A stretch of DNA of 63,863 nt, filler included, from Octopus bimaculoides (Eukaryota), in assembly GCF_001194135.2 (NCBI RefSeq). It is 7 parts of 7 records of this genome, joined end to end, with 100 filler letters (N's around TTAATTAATTAA, not from the genome) between each part and the next. Parts side by side here need not be neighbours in the genome. Positions count along the whole stretch, not along the records: positions 1 to 21,593 come from NC_068982.1; positions 21,694 to 37,701 come from NC_068986.1; 5 more parts are not named here. The stretch is one strand, 5' to 3'. The notes under the pieces are model-generated. The model saw only the letters and a list, made by a program, of their open reading frames with translations. It did not search any database and was not told the DNA's origin. Within the stretch, counting starts at the first letter, position 1. Each line of letters begins with the position of its first letter. Shown here in pieces: positions 13,040-24,660 of this stretch. The position numbers and the translations under genes were made by a program.

Positions 13040-13598
13040 AGATCGCAGCCATGACCGATATCAGTGACGCATAACCAGCCCATTTAAAAGTACCCTTGAA
13101 TCGTTAGGCGATACGCTGTGCCTGAGAAGACCTTTTGAGTCGAGTAAAATCGAAGTGAAAATCGAAATCGTAGTCGTGGCCAATGCCAGTGTCACCTGAC
13201 TGGCACTCGTACTGGTGGCACATAATAAGCCCCATTCAAGCACAGGTTGATGCCAGTAACCCCTGACTGGCTCCCCATGCTGGTGGCACATAAAAAGCAT
13301 CATCCGAACATGGTTGATGCCAGTGCCCACCGACTGGCTCCTGTGCTGGTCGAACGTAAAAAGCACCACAGGAACGTGGTCAATGCCAGTGCCACCTGAC
13401 TGGCCCCCATGCCGATTGCATGTAAAAAGCACCCCATACACTCTCAGAGTGGTTGGCATTAGGAAGGGCATCCAGCTGTAGAAACTCTGCCAGATCAGAT
13501 TGGAGCCTGGTGCAGCCTCCTGGTTTGCCAGTCCCCAGTCAAACTGTCCAACCCATGCCAGCATGGAAAGCAGATGTTAAATGATGATGATGATGATA
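13040..13598 (+). mobile_element. RTE-like 3' end containing a 4 x 66-67-bp tandem array
   Basis: Units start near 13182, 13249, 13316 and 13382; family terminus and (GAT)n tail at 13540-13598. Confidence 0.8.
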
Positions 13599-13906
13599 TA
13601 CAAGCATTCGTATNNNNNNNNNNNNNNNNNNNNNNNNNNNNNNNNNNNNNNNNNNNNNNNNNNNNNNNNNNNNNNNNNNNNNNNNNNNNNNNNNNNNNNN
13701 NNNNNNNNNNNNNNNNNNNNNNNNNNNNNNNNNNNNNNNNNNNNNNNNNNNNNNNNNNNNNNNNNNNNNNNNNNNNNNNNNNNNNNNNNNNNNNNNNNNN
13801 NNNNNNNNNNNNNNNNNNNNNNNNNNNNNNNNNNNNNNNNNNNNNNNNNNNNNNNNNNNNNNNNNNNNNNNNNNNNNNNNNNNNNNNNNNNNNNNNNNNN
13901 NNNNNN

Positions 13907-13949
13907 TGCCAACAGTCATACGGGACGGATAGCCATGAGGGTTCATTAT
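13907..13949 (-). CDS. POLR3B: POLR3B coding exon, 3' end lost in N-gap 13614-13906
   Basis: ttttttcag|ATA ATG AAC CCT CAT GGC TAT CCG TCC CGT ATG ACT GTT GGC A = IMNPHGYPSRMTVG, then N. Confidence 0.92.
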
Positions 13950-13999
13950 CTGAAAAAATAAAGGCAAAAAAGTGTTGGTGCTTTGCTGACTGAAATGAT

Positions 14000-14230
14000 A
14001 AGGATTACAAATTTTGGCACAAGGCCTGCAATTCCCAAGGTGGGGACTGGGGGTTGGAGATAGTCGATGACATTGATCCCAGGGATCAACTGGTCCTTGT
14101 TCTATCAACCCTGAAAGAATGAAAGGCAAAATTAACCTTGGCAAAATTTGAACTCAGAACATAAAAATGGACAAAATTCCATTAAGCATTTTCCCCAGCA
14201 TGCTAACGGTTCTGTCAACTGCCCAGTCTG
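14000..14230 (-). mobile_element. SINE family A
   Basis: Reverse-complement core ctatcaaccctgaaagaatgaaaggcaaa and atttgaactcagaac. Confidence 0.7.
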
Positions 14231-14724
14231 GGGATTGAACTCACTACCTCACGATCATAACCTCAATGCTCTAACCACTGAGCCATGCGCCTTCACAAGG
14301 TTACACAGTTTTAAAGATATACTTGTATGTGTATTCACAAGGTTATATGGTTAAATATTCACAACATTACAATTTTCCAAACTATTAACCTCGTTTTTAG
14401 AGATTAAAATTTTACTTAACAATTCCTTTTGTGCAGATGTAAATGCTAAATTTAAAAAATATATATATATGTGTCTTTAAAGAGGAATCTAATGGTTTGA
14501 AAAATTGTAATCGTATTAAAAATAACGCATTTCAGATATTCAGACATGAAACAGGTTTGATATAAGTTCACATGGTTGTACACCTGTATGATCTCACAGA
14601 AGGGGACAACAGGGAATGCAAAACCAGCCATCCCATACCAGCATGGAAAATGGACGTTAAATGGTGATGGATGATGGTGATATAAACTTTGTGAGTGGAT
14701 TTGGTAGATGGAAACTCTAACCAC

Positions 14725-15478
14725 TGAGCACATGGCTCAGTGGTTAGAGTGTTAAGGTTACGATTGTGAGGTAGTGAGTTCAATTCCCAGACTTTATTTC
14801 ATGTTGCTCCAGTTCATTCAGCTGTAGAAATGAGTTGCGACGTCACAGGTGCCAAGCTGTATCGGCTCCTTTGCCTTTCCTTTGGAAGAGGGAGACCCAG
14901 GAAGACATGGGACCAGGTGTTGAAGCATGATCTTCAAATGTGGGGCCTCACAAAGGCAATGGCTAGTGACCGAGACCGTTGAAGATATACCATGCTCGAA
15001 AACACCCATCAAGCCAAGTGAAATCATAGTCGTAGCTGTTGTTGGTGTCACATAACTGGCATCTGTGCCGGTGATACATAAAAGGCACCTTTCAAGCATT
15101 GGGCCTCACAGTAGCAATGTCACCGATGCTGGTGTTGTGTAACTAGCACCTTTCGATCACTGGGCCTCATGGAAGCAATGACAAATGACCAAGACATTCG
15201 GCAATATGTTGTGCTTGAGAAGAAGAGCCATCAAGCTGAGTGGAACTGTAGTCGTAGCAGATACTGGTGTCACACAACTGGCACCTGTGCCAGTGACATG
15301 TAAAAGCACCCATTACACTCTCAGAGTGGTAGGCGTTAGGAAGGGCATCCAGCCGTAGAAACCATGCCAAATCAGACTAGAGTCTGGTGTAGCCCCTCAG
15401 CTTACCGGCCCTGGTCAAACTGTCCAACCCAGGCCACCTTGAACAACGGACATTAAATGATGATGATGATGATGATAT
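14725..15478 (+). mobile_element. SINE family C head abutting an RTE-like 3' end
   Basis: Family C to about 14880, then ggaagagggagacccagg (GRGRP-type ORF2 end), repeated gggcctca modules and (GAT)n tail. Confidence 0.7.
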
Positions 15479-15854
15479 TTTCTATATTTCGACGTCCCTC
15501 CTGTTGCCAACACCTACCGGTGGCCAAACGAGCTAATATTTCTCCATGGCCAGACACAGGTGGGACTGAACCTGAAACTACCAGGTCGCAAAGAGAGCCT
15601 CTTAACCACACAGCCATGAATGCTTAGCAAAAACAACAAACATAAAGGTAGATCATTTGAACAGAGCCAGAGGCAAGATATTAAGGGCTTTTTTTTGATA
15701 GACAGGAGACATAAGAAGGACTTATCTCACCTCACCTCACACATCAGTGACAACAAGATAAACTGGTAAAAACCAGTCTACACCTGAATAACAACCACAG
15801 CAGCAGCCGAGTGTGAGGCCTCAGAACAATAGAAAAATGATGTGAATGAGGAGC

Positions 15855-16012
15855 AGAGGCTGTGTGGTAAGTAGCTGGATTACCAACCACATGGTTCCAG
15901 GTTCAGTCCCACTGCGTGGCACCTTGGACAAGTGTCTTCTACTATAGCCTCGGGCCGACCAAAGCCTTGTGAGTGGATTTGGTAGACGGAAACTGAAAGA
16001 AGCCCGTCGTAT
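15855..16012 (+). mobile_element. SINE family B 5' half
   Basis: ggctgtgtggtaagtagc...gcaccttggacaagtgtcttctactatagcctcggg. Confidence 0.85.
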
Positions 16013-16689
16013 GTCTGTGCATGGAAGATTGGAAATGAAGAACTAATAGTATGGTGATGATGCTCAATGTCAGACAAGGAGGCCAAACACATACACACAT
16101 GAACGCACACATATGCATGCAGATACACATACATATACACACATGCACACACGCATATATGCACACACACATATATACACATACATGCACACACGCATAT
16201 ATGCACACACACATATATGCACATACATGCACAAACATATATACATACATGTACACACATATGCACACACATGCATATATATACACACATGCATACATTT
16301 ATACATACATGCACACACATGCACATACATATAAACACATGCGCACACACATGCACACATATATATATATATATATACATACATGCACACACACATATGC
16401 ACACACATATACACACATACACACACACATATGTACACACATGTACAAACATATATACATACATGCACACACAAGCACATACATACGCACACACAGAGAA
16501 GTCATTCTGAACAATAACAAGAGTCCCTAAGTGCTAGAAATAAAAGCCAAATTTCCTTCAAATCATACCCCACCCGCCACTTGCTCACAAAACATGAAAG
16601 AGGGGCAGATTAATTAATGTAGTTACAGGTAAAAAAAAAAATGAGACAAGATGAACAGTGCTGGCTCACCTGTGATCATGGGCCTACTT

Positions 16690-16950
16690 GATCAGAGGTA
16701 GCATTGGGTTAAATTGGCCCTCTGTCAGTTATGACAATGAGTGTTAAGCGGCTGAGTATTCCACAGACACACATACCCCTAATGTAGTTCTCAGGGAGAG
16801 CCAGCGTAACTCAGAGTGAGACAAGGCTGGACCTTTGAAATACAGGTACAACTCATTTTGGCCAGGTGAGTGGACTTGAGTAGTCACCGGGAATTGAACT
16901 CACAACCTTATGATCATGAGCTGAATACAATAGCCACCAAGCCATGTGCA
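16690..16950 (-). mobile_element. SINE family C-related copy
   Basis: Reverse-complement head (gaattgaactcacaacc...ccaccaagcc) and core (ctcattttggccaggtgagtggact). Confidence 0.55.
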
Positions 16951-17001
16951 TTTACTTAGGGTTAAAAGAAATCCAATTTGAAAAGTTTTGTTAATACTTA
17001 C

Positions 17002-17019
17002 AATATCTGGACAAATACC
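17002..17019 (-). CDS. POLR3B: POLR3B 18-nt micro-exon (GICPDI)
   Basis: ctcctcttttatttatttcag|GGT ATT TGT CCA GAT ATT|gtaagt. Supplies the residues expected directly before IMNPHG; phase 0/0. Confidence 0.85.
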
Positions 17020-17084
17020 CTGAAATAAATAAAAGAGGAGATGTATTAATATAAACAGGACAGATACAGGAAGAATAATGGATT

Positions 17085-17290
17085 TTGGCTAAGGTACAAG
17101 ACCAATATTTGGGGGGGGGGTTAGTCAATACCACTGGCCCAAGTATGCGACCGGTACTATCTTCTATAAACCCTGAAAAAAAGATGAACTGCAAAGTTGA
17201 CTTAGGTAAGATTTGAACTCGGAATGTAGAGAGCCAGATAAAATGCCACCAAACATTTTGTCCAATGTTCTAAGGATTCTGCCACTCCAC
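17085..17290 (-). mobile_element. SINE family A, degraded
   Basis: Reverse-complement core and atttgaactcggaatgtag. Confidence 0.6.
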
Positions 17291-17660
17291 CATCCAAATA
17301 ATAATAATAATAATAATAAATGCCCGGATGCAGTACCAGGCAATGGCTCTCATGGATTCTGATCTTAACTGATTGGAAGTGTTATCATGTACATCGTTTT
17401 GTCTTGGTATAAAAAGATGGGCTACAGCAAATATTCTGCTCAATACCAGATTTGCTTGTCCGTTGTTTGACCATAACCAGTTGAGCATGTCCCTTAACAC
17501 TGCCAGATCAGACTGGAGCCTGGTGTGGCCCCCTGGCTTGCCAGCTCTCAGTCAAACCATCCAACCCATCCCAGCATGGAAAACGGACGTTAAACGATGA
17601 TGATGATGCTGCTTAATAATTCTGCCAGCTCACTGCCTTAATAAAAACAACAGCAATAAC

Positions 17661-17692
<32 letters not shown>

Positions 17693-18370
17693 CCGTGGCA
17701 TGAGGAGAGGTGATGCAAGCAATGCATCCAAAACGATAATTAAAACAAGCAGCACAGAAAAAACTAAACTAAACAAAACAAGAACAGGTTTAGCAAACAA
17801 CAAAATATGTGGTATTGAAGCAGTTTTCTCTGACAGAGTAATTAACTGTATGAGTTTTATTAACGAAGTTACAATGAAGAAGCTGTCTTCAAAGGGAAAC
17901 GTTGCTAAACTGCTGGTTGTATTAATTATAAAGTCTCAGGAGAAGAACAGAAAAGTTAACATAGGATAGGTGCAGGAGTGGCTGTGTGGAAAGTAGCTTG
18001 TTTACCAACCACATGGTTCCGGGTTCAGNNNNNNNNNNNNNNNNNNNNNNNNNNNNNNNNNNNNNNNNNNNNNNNNNNNNNNNNNNNNNNNNNNNNNNNN
18101 NNNNNNNNNNNNNNNNNNNNNNNNNNNNNNNNNNNNNNNNNNNNNNNNNNNNNNNNNNNNNNNNNNNNNNNNNNNNNNNNNNNNNNNNNNNNNNNNNNNN
18201 NNNNNNNNNNNNNNNNNNNNNNNNNNNNNNNNNNNNNNNNNNNNNNNNNNNNNNNNNNNNNNNNNNNNNNNNNNNNNNNNNNNNNNNNNNNNNNNNNNNN
18301 NNNNNNNNNNNNNNNNNNNNNNNNNNNNNNNNNNNNNNNNNNNNNNNNNNNNNNNNNNNNNNNNNNNNNN

Positions 18371-18635
18371 AAGGAGGAGGCGAGGAGGAGGTTGTTGAGG
18401 AGGAGGCGGCTGAAGAGGAGGAAGAAGGAAGAGGAGAGAAGGAGGAGGGGAAGGGGAGGAGGCAAGGAGACAGAGTCGAGGAGGAGGAGGCTAGGAAGAC
18501 AAGGCGAGGAGGGGGCGAGGAGGATGAGAAGGAGGAGATGAAAAAGCAGAGGCTGAAAACAAAGAGGAGAGTGAAGGAGGGTGGAGGGATGAGGAAGGGG
18601 GAGGAGGAAAGGAAGAGAAGAAGAGGTCAAGAAAT
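18371..18635 (+). repeat. (GGA/GAA)-rich purine tract
   Basis: Direct reading. Confidence 0.85.
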
Positions 18636-19645
18636 AGCAGCAGCAGCTAATAAACCCTGCTGTTAGCCATGATGACCCAAAAGCAATAACAACACTGATA
18701 CAAATTGGAGGGGGGGGGGAAACACTATGGTCAACTGAATGAACTTCCAACCCCCAAATACATAACTGGTACTTGGTTACATCAGCTCCTTCCCTGCCAC
18801 CCACAAGCATTTGAAAGGTAAAAGTGACCCTTGGCAGGATATGAACTCAAAACATGAAGTAGGGCCATAACTAAATCCTGCAAACCATTTTGTCCAACGC
18901 TCTGCCGCTTCTGTCAGTCTGCCACCTTCCAATTAATAATCGTCCTTAATGCCTGTTGCAGCATCAAATATGGCAGCTAGCATGTGACTGGTTCTGTCTG
19001 TGTGTCACCCAGGCAGCTATCAAGTTGTGGACAGATAACTATCAATGGTGCAGGGGGGGGGGAATAATTTGATATGAAGGGAGACAGAGACAAGAAATCG
19101 TAAATCTTACAGCNNNNNNNNNNNNNNNNNNNNNNNNNNNNNNNNNNNNNNNNNNNNNNNNNNNNNNNNNNNNNNNNNNNNNNNNNNNNNNNNNNNNNNN
19201 NNNNNNNNNNNNNNNNNNNNNNNNNNNNNNNNNNNNNNNNNNNNNNNNNNNNNNNNNNNNNNNNNNNNNNNNNNNNNNNNNNNNNNNNNNNNNNNNNNNN
19301 NNNNNNNNNNNNNNNNNNNNNNNNNNNNNNNNNNNNNNNNNNNNNNNNNNNNNNNNNNNNNNNNNNNNNNNNNNNNNNNNNNNNNNNNNNNNNNNNNNNN
19401 NNNNNNNNNNNNNNNNNNNNNNNNNNNNNNNNNNNNNNNNNNNNNNNNNNNNNNNNNNNNNNNNNNNNNNNNNNNNNNNNNNNNNNNNNNNNNNNNNNNN
19501 NNNNNNNNNNNNNNNNNNNNNNNNNNNNNNNNNNNNNNNNNNNNNNNNNNNNNNNNNNNNNNNNNNNNNNNNNNNNNNNNNNNNNNNNNNNNNNNNNNNN
19601 NNNNNNNNNNNNNNNNNNNNNNNNNNNNNNNNNNNNNNNNNNNNN

Positions 19646-19960
19646 GAAGAAGAAGAAGAAGAAGAAGAAGGAGAAGAAAAAGAACGAGAAGAAGAAGAAG
19701 AAGAAGAAGAACGAGAAGAAGAAGAAGAAGAAGAAGAACGAGAAGAAGAAGAAGAAGAAGAACGAGAAGAAGAAGAAGAAGAAGAAGAAGAAGAAGAAGA
19801 ACGAGAGGAAGAAGAAGAAGAACGAGAAGAAGAAGAAGAAGAAGAAGAAGAAGAACGAGAAGAAGAAGAAGAAGAAGAAGAAGAAGAAGAAGAAGAACAG
19901 ATGCAAGAGGAAGAAGGAAGAAGAAGAAGAACAGATGCAAGAGGAAGAAGGAAGAAAATT
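19646..19960 (+). repeat. (GAA)n array with recurrent AACGA interruptions
   Basis: Direct reading; abuts a gap. Confidence 0.95.
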
Positions 19961-19988
19961 CGGCCAGAAGAACGAATGCAGTAAAGAT

Positions 19989-20025
<37 letters not shown>

Positions 20026-20669
20026 GTATACAGCAACTGTGGGTGTATATAGACAGAGTTGTGTATAGAGCCTCAGAAGCATGTATGGCAATAATCATGC
20101 GTATAAAGGCATGATGTGCACTTTAGTTAGTTAAGTAAATTCTACAGATTTGATTATTAAACAAACAGTGTTAAGTATTTGAGACGACATTTATTGAAAA
20201 GACTTTGTCAGCTAATTTGATACGATACATTAACCGGCCCAGATTTATGAGAAAAGTACCAGAATTTCGTGTAATGAATCGTTATTGTATAATTGCTTAC
20301 TAGTACATTTCTCTTCTCTGATGTCGACTTCTTCACACATATATACATGTATTTATTTATATATGTGTATACATGTGTGTGAATTACATATTATATGCGC
20401 ACATATGCAGCGTGTGCATGGAGACGTAACTAACACACATAACATCCAGCAATCTTAGTACTACATGGGTGAGCTACATGGAGCAAGATGTAAGCTCCTA
20501 GTTCCGTTGACATTGTGATGCAGTTTCAATTCCCAGTGGGCCAAACGCTCTCTAATTTAATCGCTTTTCAATGATGGTGCCAAAATATAACTTAGTTGTA
20601 ACAGCCTGGCAAAACCAAAACAAGAAAAACAGCTTCACGTTTTTGTTCAGTGTGAGGTCAACATCGAAC

Positions 20670-21345
20670 ATACAAACGAATGGCACTGCAGATGGATGAG
20701 GAGAGCTGTGTGAAGAAATGCCACTCCCAAACAGTGGAAGGAATCCGGGGTAGAGGGAGACCCAGGGAGAAATGGGATGAGGTGGTGAAGCATGACCTTC
20801 CAACGTTGGGCCTCACAAAGGCAATGACAAAAGTCCGAGATCTCTGGAGGTATGCTGTGACTGAGAAGACTCAGCAAATAAAGTGAGTTCACAGCTGTAA
20901 CCTACACTAGTGTCACATAACCAGCCCACTCAAAAGTACCTTGGATTGTAGGGCAACATGCTGTGCTTGAGGAGACCTATTAAGTCAAGTACATCAACAT
21001 CAACAGCAATATCAAAATCAAATCAAATTGTAGTTGTGAGCCCCGTGCCTGTAGCATGTAAAAAGGCACCATCCAAAAGTGGCTGATACCAGTGCTGCTT
21101 TGACTGGCTTTCGTGCCAGTGGCATGTAAAAAGCACCATCCAATTGTGGTCGATGCCAACTCCTCTGGCCCCTGTGCCGGTGGCACGTAAAAAGCACTAA
21201 CTACACTCTCAGAGTGGTTGGCATTAGGAAGGGCACCCAGCTGTAGAAAAACTGCCAGATCAGATTGGGACCTGGTGCAGCCTCCTGGCTTCCCAGACCC
21301 CAGTTGAACCGTCCAACCCATGCCAGCATGGAAATCAGACGTTAC
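20670..21345 (+). mobile_element. RTE-like LINE 3' portion including ORF2 C-terminal remnant
   Basis: MDEESCVKKCHSQTVEGIRGRGRPREKWDEVVKHDLPTLGL resembles the RTE GRPRxRWxDxVxxDL motif; followed by the shared UTR. Confidence 0.8.
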
Positions 21346-21354
21346 ACTTTTACA

Positions 21355-21560
21355 CATTTACTTGTTTCAGTCATTTGACTGCGGCCATGCTGGAGCACCG
21401 TCTTTAGTCAAGCAAATTGACCCCAGGACTTATTCTTTGTAAGCCTAGTACTTATTGTATCGGTCTCTTTTGCTGAACCGCTATATTACGGGGATGTAAA
21501 CACACCAGCATCGGTTGTCAAGCAATGGTGGGGGGGACAAACACAGACAAATAAACATAT
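21355..21560 (-). mobile_element. SINE family B 3' half
   Basis: ttgtttcagtcatttgactgcggccatgctggagcacc...gacccaggacttattc. Confidence 0.85.
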
Positions 21561-21593
21561 ACACACATACATATATACACACATACATATATA

Positions 21594-21693
21594 NNNNNNN
21601 NNNNNNNNNNNNNNNNNNNNNNNNNNNNNNNNNNNNNTTAATTAATTAANNNNNNNNNNNNNNNNNNNNNNNNNNNNNNNNNNNNNNNNNNNN
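21594..21693. other. Artificial assembly spacer 1
   Basis: 44 N + TTAATTAATTAA (21638-21649) + 44 N. Confidence 0.95.
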
Positions 21694-21789
21694 ATATATA
21701 TATATTTCATCACATAGCAACTGGCACAATACAAAATAAACATTTCAACATTTACACATATATGTTCTTGCAAACGCATGTATATACAC

Positions 21790-21831
<42 letters not shown>

Positions 21832-22120
21832 ACACTCACGTATACTGATCAATTTGACGATGTTTCTTGATTACACTTGTTGGTCAGACCACACCTCTTT
21901 AGGGTGGTTCGACAGATTGGTGATGTAGTGGTGTGATGGCGGTGTGGTGATGGTGGTGGTGGTTTAGGGTGTATTAGTGTGGTTGTTAGGATGCTGGTGT
22001 ACTGGGGTGGGGTGGTGCTGGGTGTGTTATGTGGTAGTGGTGGTTAAAGCGCTGGCTGTGATGTAGTGTTGGTAGTATTGATATATATGTATGTATATAT
22101 ATCTATCTTTAAGTAGACAA

Positions 22121-22163
<43 letters not shown>

Positions 22164-22190
22164 CAGACAGACAGACATACATACATACAT

Positions 22191-22221
<31 letters not shown>

Positions 22222-22459
22222 TTTGCATGTGTTTGCATGTTAAACGTGATCTACAGCACTATTTCTAAATGTCGTGCTCCTTGTGTTTTACATAGAGAGA
22301 TATCTCGAAATGTATGCCGTTAGTAGTATATATTTGTGTTTGTGTAAATGTGTGTGAGTTCATGAGCGTATGTATATGTATGTTTGAGTACGTTTAATGA
22401 GTTTGTATCGTGTGATCGTATGTGTAGTATAATATATATATATATATTGACCGTTGACT

Positions 22460-22640
22460 GGACACTATTCAATTTTTTTTCTCCGTGTTTTTCTCCTTGT
22501 CTCCGTATTCTTTCTGTTGAAGAGCGTAGCTCGAAACGTCAAAGGCTTTCTGTATTCCCGAGCGTCATACTAATACATCCTTTTGTTATTTACACCACCT
22601 GTCCTCGTCTGTTGTTGTTTTTTCGTATATTCTCCCATAT
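22460..22640 (+). mobile_element. Penelope-like terminal region with hammerhead-like motif
   Basis: Homologous to 500-603. Confidence 0.55.
22510..22544 (+). ncRNA. Minimal hammerhead ribozyme-like motif, copy 2
   Basis: cttt-CTGTTGA-A-GAGC(gta)GCTC-GAAA-CG-TC-aaag; GUC cleavage triplet at 22538-22540. Confidence 0.5.
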
Positions 22641-23003
22641 ATATATATATAAATTAAGGAGAGGAGAAAACATTCAAAGACCGATGTATATATTCATTCA
22701 GTCCATATTAACGAAGTTCTCCATGGTATACAACGTGCTTACATAGATGCATCCATCTATATGTTATATAANNNNNNNNNNNNNNNNNNNNNNNNNNNNN
22801 NNNNNNNNNNNNNNNNNNNNNNNNNNNNNNNNNNNNNNNNNNNNNNNNNNNNNNNNNNNNNNNNNNNNNNNNNNNNNNNNNNNNNNNNNNNNNNNNNNNN
22901 NNNNNNNNNNNNNNNNNNNNNNNNNNNNNNNNNNNNNNNNNNNNNNNNNNNNNNNNNNNNNNNNNNNNTATATAACTGACTCTCTCTCACTACTCTTTCT
23001 ATT

Positions 23004-23035
<32 letters not shown>

Positions 23036-23514
23036 GTTGCTCACACGTGACCATCGTCCATCTTTCTTGACTTCACGTGACAATCTTTCTTTTCCTCCAT
23101 GACGTCCTAAGTACTGAACATCTTCTATCTCTCTCTTCTATCTTTTCTCTTTCCAAAGAAAATATTTCTCCCAGCGTTCGCTATTTTCCTCTCGTTCTGG
23201 TCTAACTACCCTCCATGCTCGTTACCGTTCGGTTTCCTTGTATGTCTCCACTCTCCTGTTTTTGTTCCCAGCTTTGACCCTCAATAAATTCCAAATTTTA
23301 TTTTGATATTTATGGGAGCAACTGTCTTCGAAGACTCATACTGTCGTTGTATGCTTGAAATGAAGAGTAAACAGACAGCCAACAACTGATGAAAGATCCT
23401 TTCTCTGTGGATTACTTGCCCTGTTTTCCATTTTTTTCACTTTGTTTGCGTATTTAACTCATTTGTTTTCGCACTTCATGTTGTTTACTGTTGGTGACAC
23501 CCTGTACCCATATA

Positions 23515-23586
<72 letters not shown>

Positions 23587-23849
23587 CATTATTTTGAAAC
23601 CGAAATTTTACAAATCTACTAGTATCAAGTTCTCATTGTAGTTAAGTGAAGCTAGAACTTCTAAATATGTAAAGTTCTAGCTTAAAAAATAAACTACAAA
23701 CTCTACTTCTGGTACTTACTACTTTTTTCCAACAGTTTGTAAACATAAACGTTTAGCTAATTATATATAATCCAGGTTACTACCGCATACACGGTTGTGT
23801 GTAAGTTAGATAGACTAGTGCAGTTTTATCCGAGTGACTATACTTTTTC

Positions 23850-24660
23850 TGCTAACATGTATTAATACAGCTTCCTGTCGTCCGACCATAATGATCAGGA
23901 ACCTGATTAAAGGAAACAGAAGAAGAATCTTTAACTTGTCTTCAAGTAAAGACATTTCCGATGCCTTGCTCCCTTATTACAACAAAGCCCTGACCTTCAG
24001 CGAATTTAAAGAAAAGATTAGTTACACGTCCGATCCTAACACCACTAAGAGAAAATACCACTGGAAAGACTTGTGGTTGACACACCCACGTCTCTCTAAA
24101 CGTAAAAATCTTGTGTATGTAACATCTTTCTTAGTTTAGCAAATAAACCTTTTCCATGAACGCAGAGGTTCAGGCGTATTCAACAGACACACCTTAAGAG
24201 TTTCTTTTAGCTGTGGACCAAGTATAAAGAAAATCTTAGTCGGCTGATACCTGTGATAGACGCAGAATGCAACACCACATGTCCAAAGGCCAATTCAACA
24301 GATAATCGTCGTATATGAGGCTTTTCAAAAGGTATTTTCAAAGGACCTCAGTGAGCAGATGGACGTGAGTAAAGACGTGGACATGACAGAATTTCCCTTC
24401 ACTATCAGATTTAAAAATCACAAGTCCTCCTTTAATATCCAGAAGTGAAATATTACAGCCTTTGCTGCACATGGATTACAGCACCAACTGGAGAGTATTG
24501 TAATGGTACAAGCCATACTTCAACAGCATCAGAAGGTGCATGGTATGTCTGACAAAGAAAAAAAAACCATATTAAAGAATTTTCTTCACCCAGACGCCTA
24601 CCAAAACCGCAAAAGCGAAATTTTCCTATCATGCTCATATGAAAGGAAATATGTACTTGG
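23850..24660 (+). pseudogene. Degraded Penelope-like ORF (RT C-terminal to GIY-YIG region)
   Basis: Frameshifted pieces RRIFNLSSSKDISDALLPYYNKAL, FNRHTLRVSFSC, MTEFPFTIRFKNHKSSF and KPYFNSIRRCMVCL follow the recalled PLE motif order. Confidence 0.7.

Noticed and set aside
13180-13435. CRISPR-like array
   Set aside because: Eukaryotic context, whole units are homologous with no unique spacers, no cas genes, embedded in a LINE 3' UTR.
15880-16530. Cys/Val/Tyr- or His/Thr-rich ORFs here and elsewhere
   Set aside because: Translations of (CA/TG/TA) microsatellite mosaics, open in several frames on both strands.
17310-17500. Likely interspersed repeat fragment
   Set aside because: Single occurrence in this window and no diagnostic motif, so it cannot be classified from the sequence.
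17978-18666. Glu/Arg-rich ORFs
   Set aside because: Purine-rich simple sequence joined to a gap.
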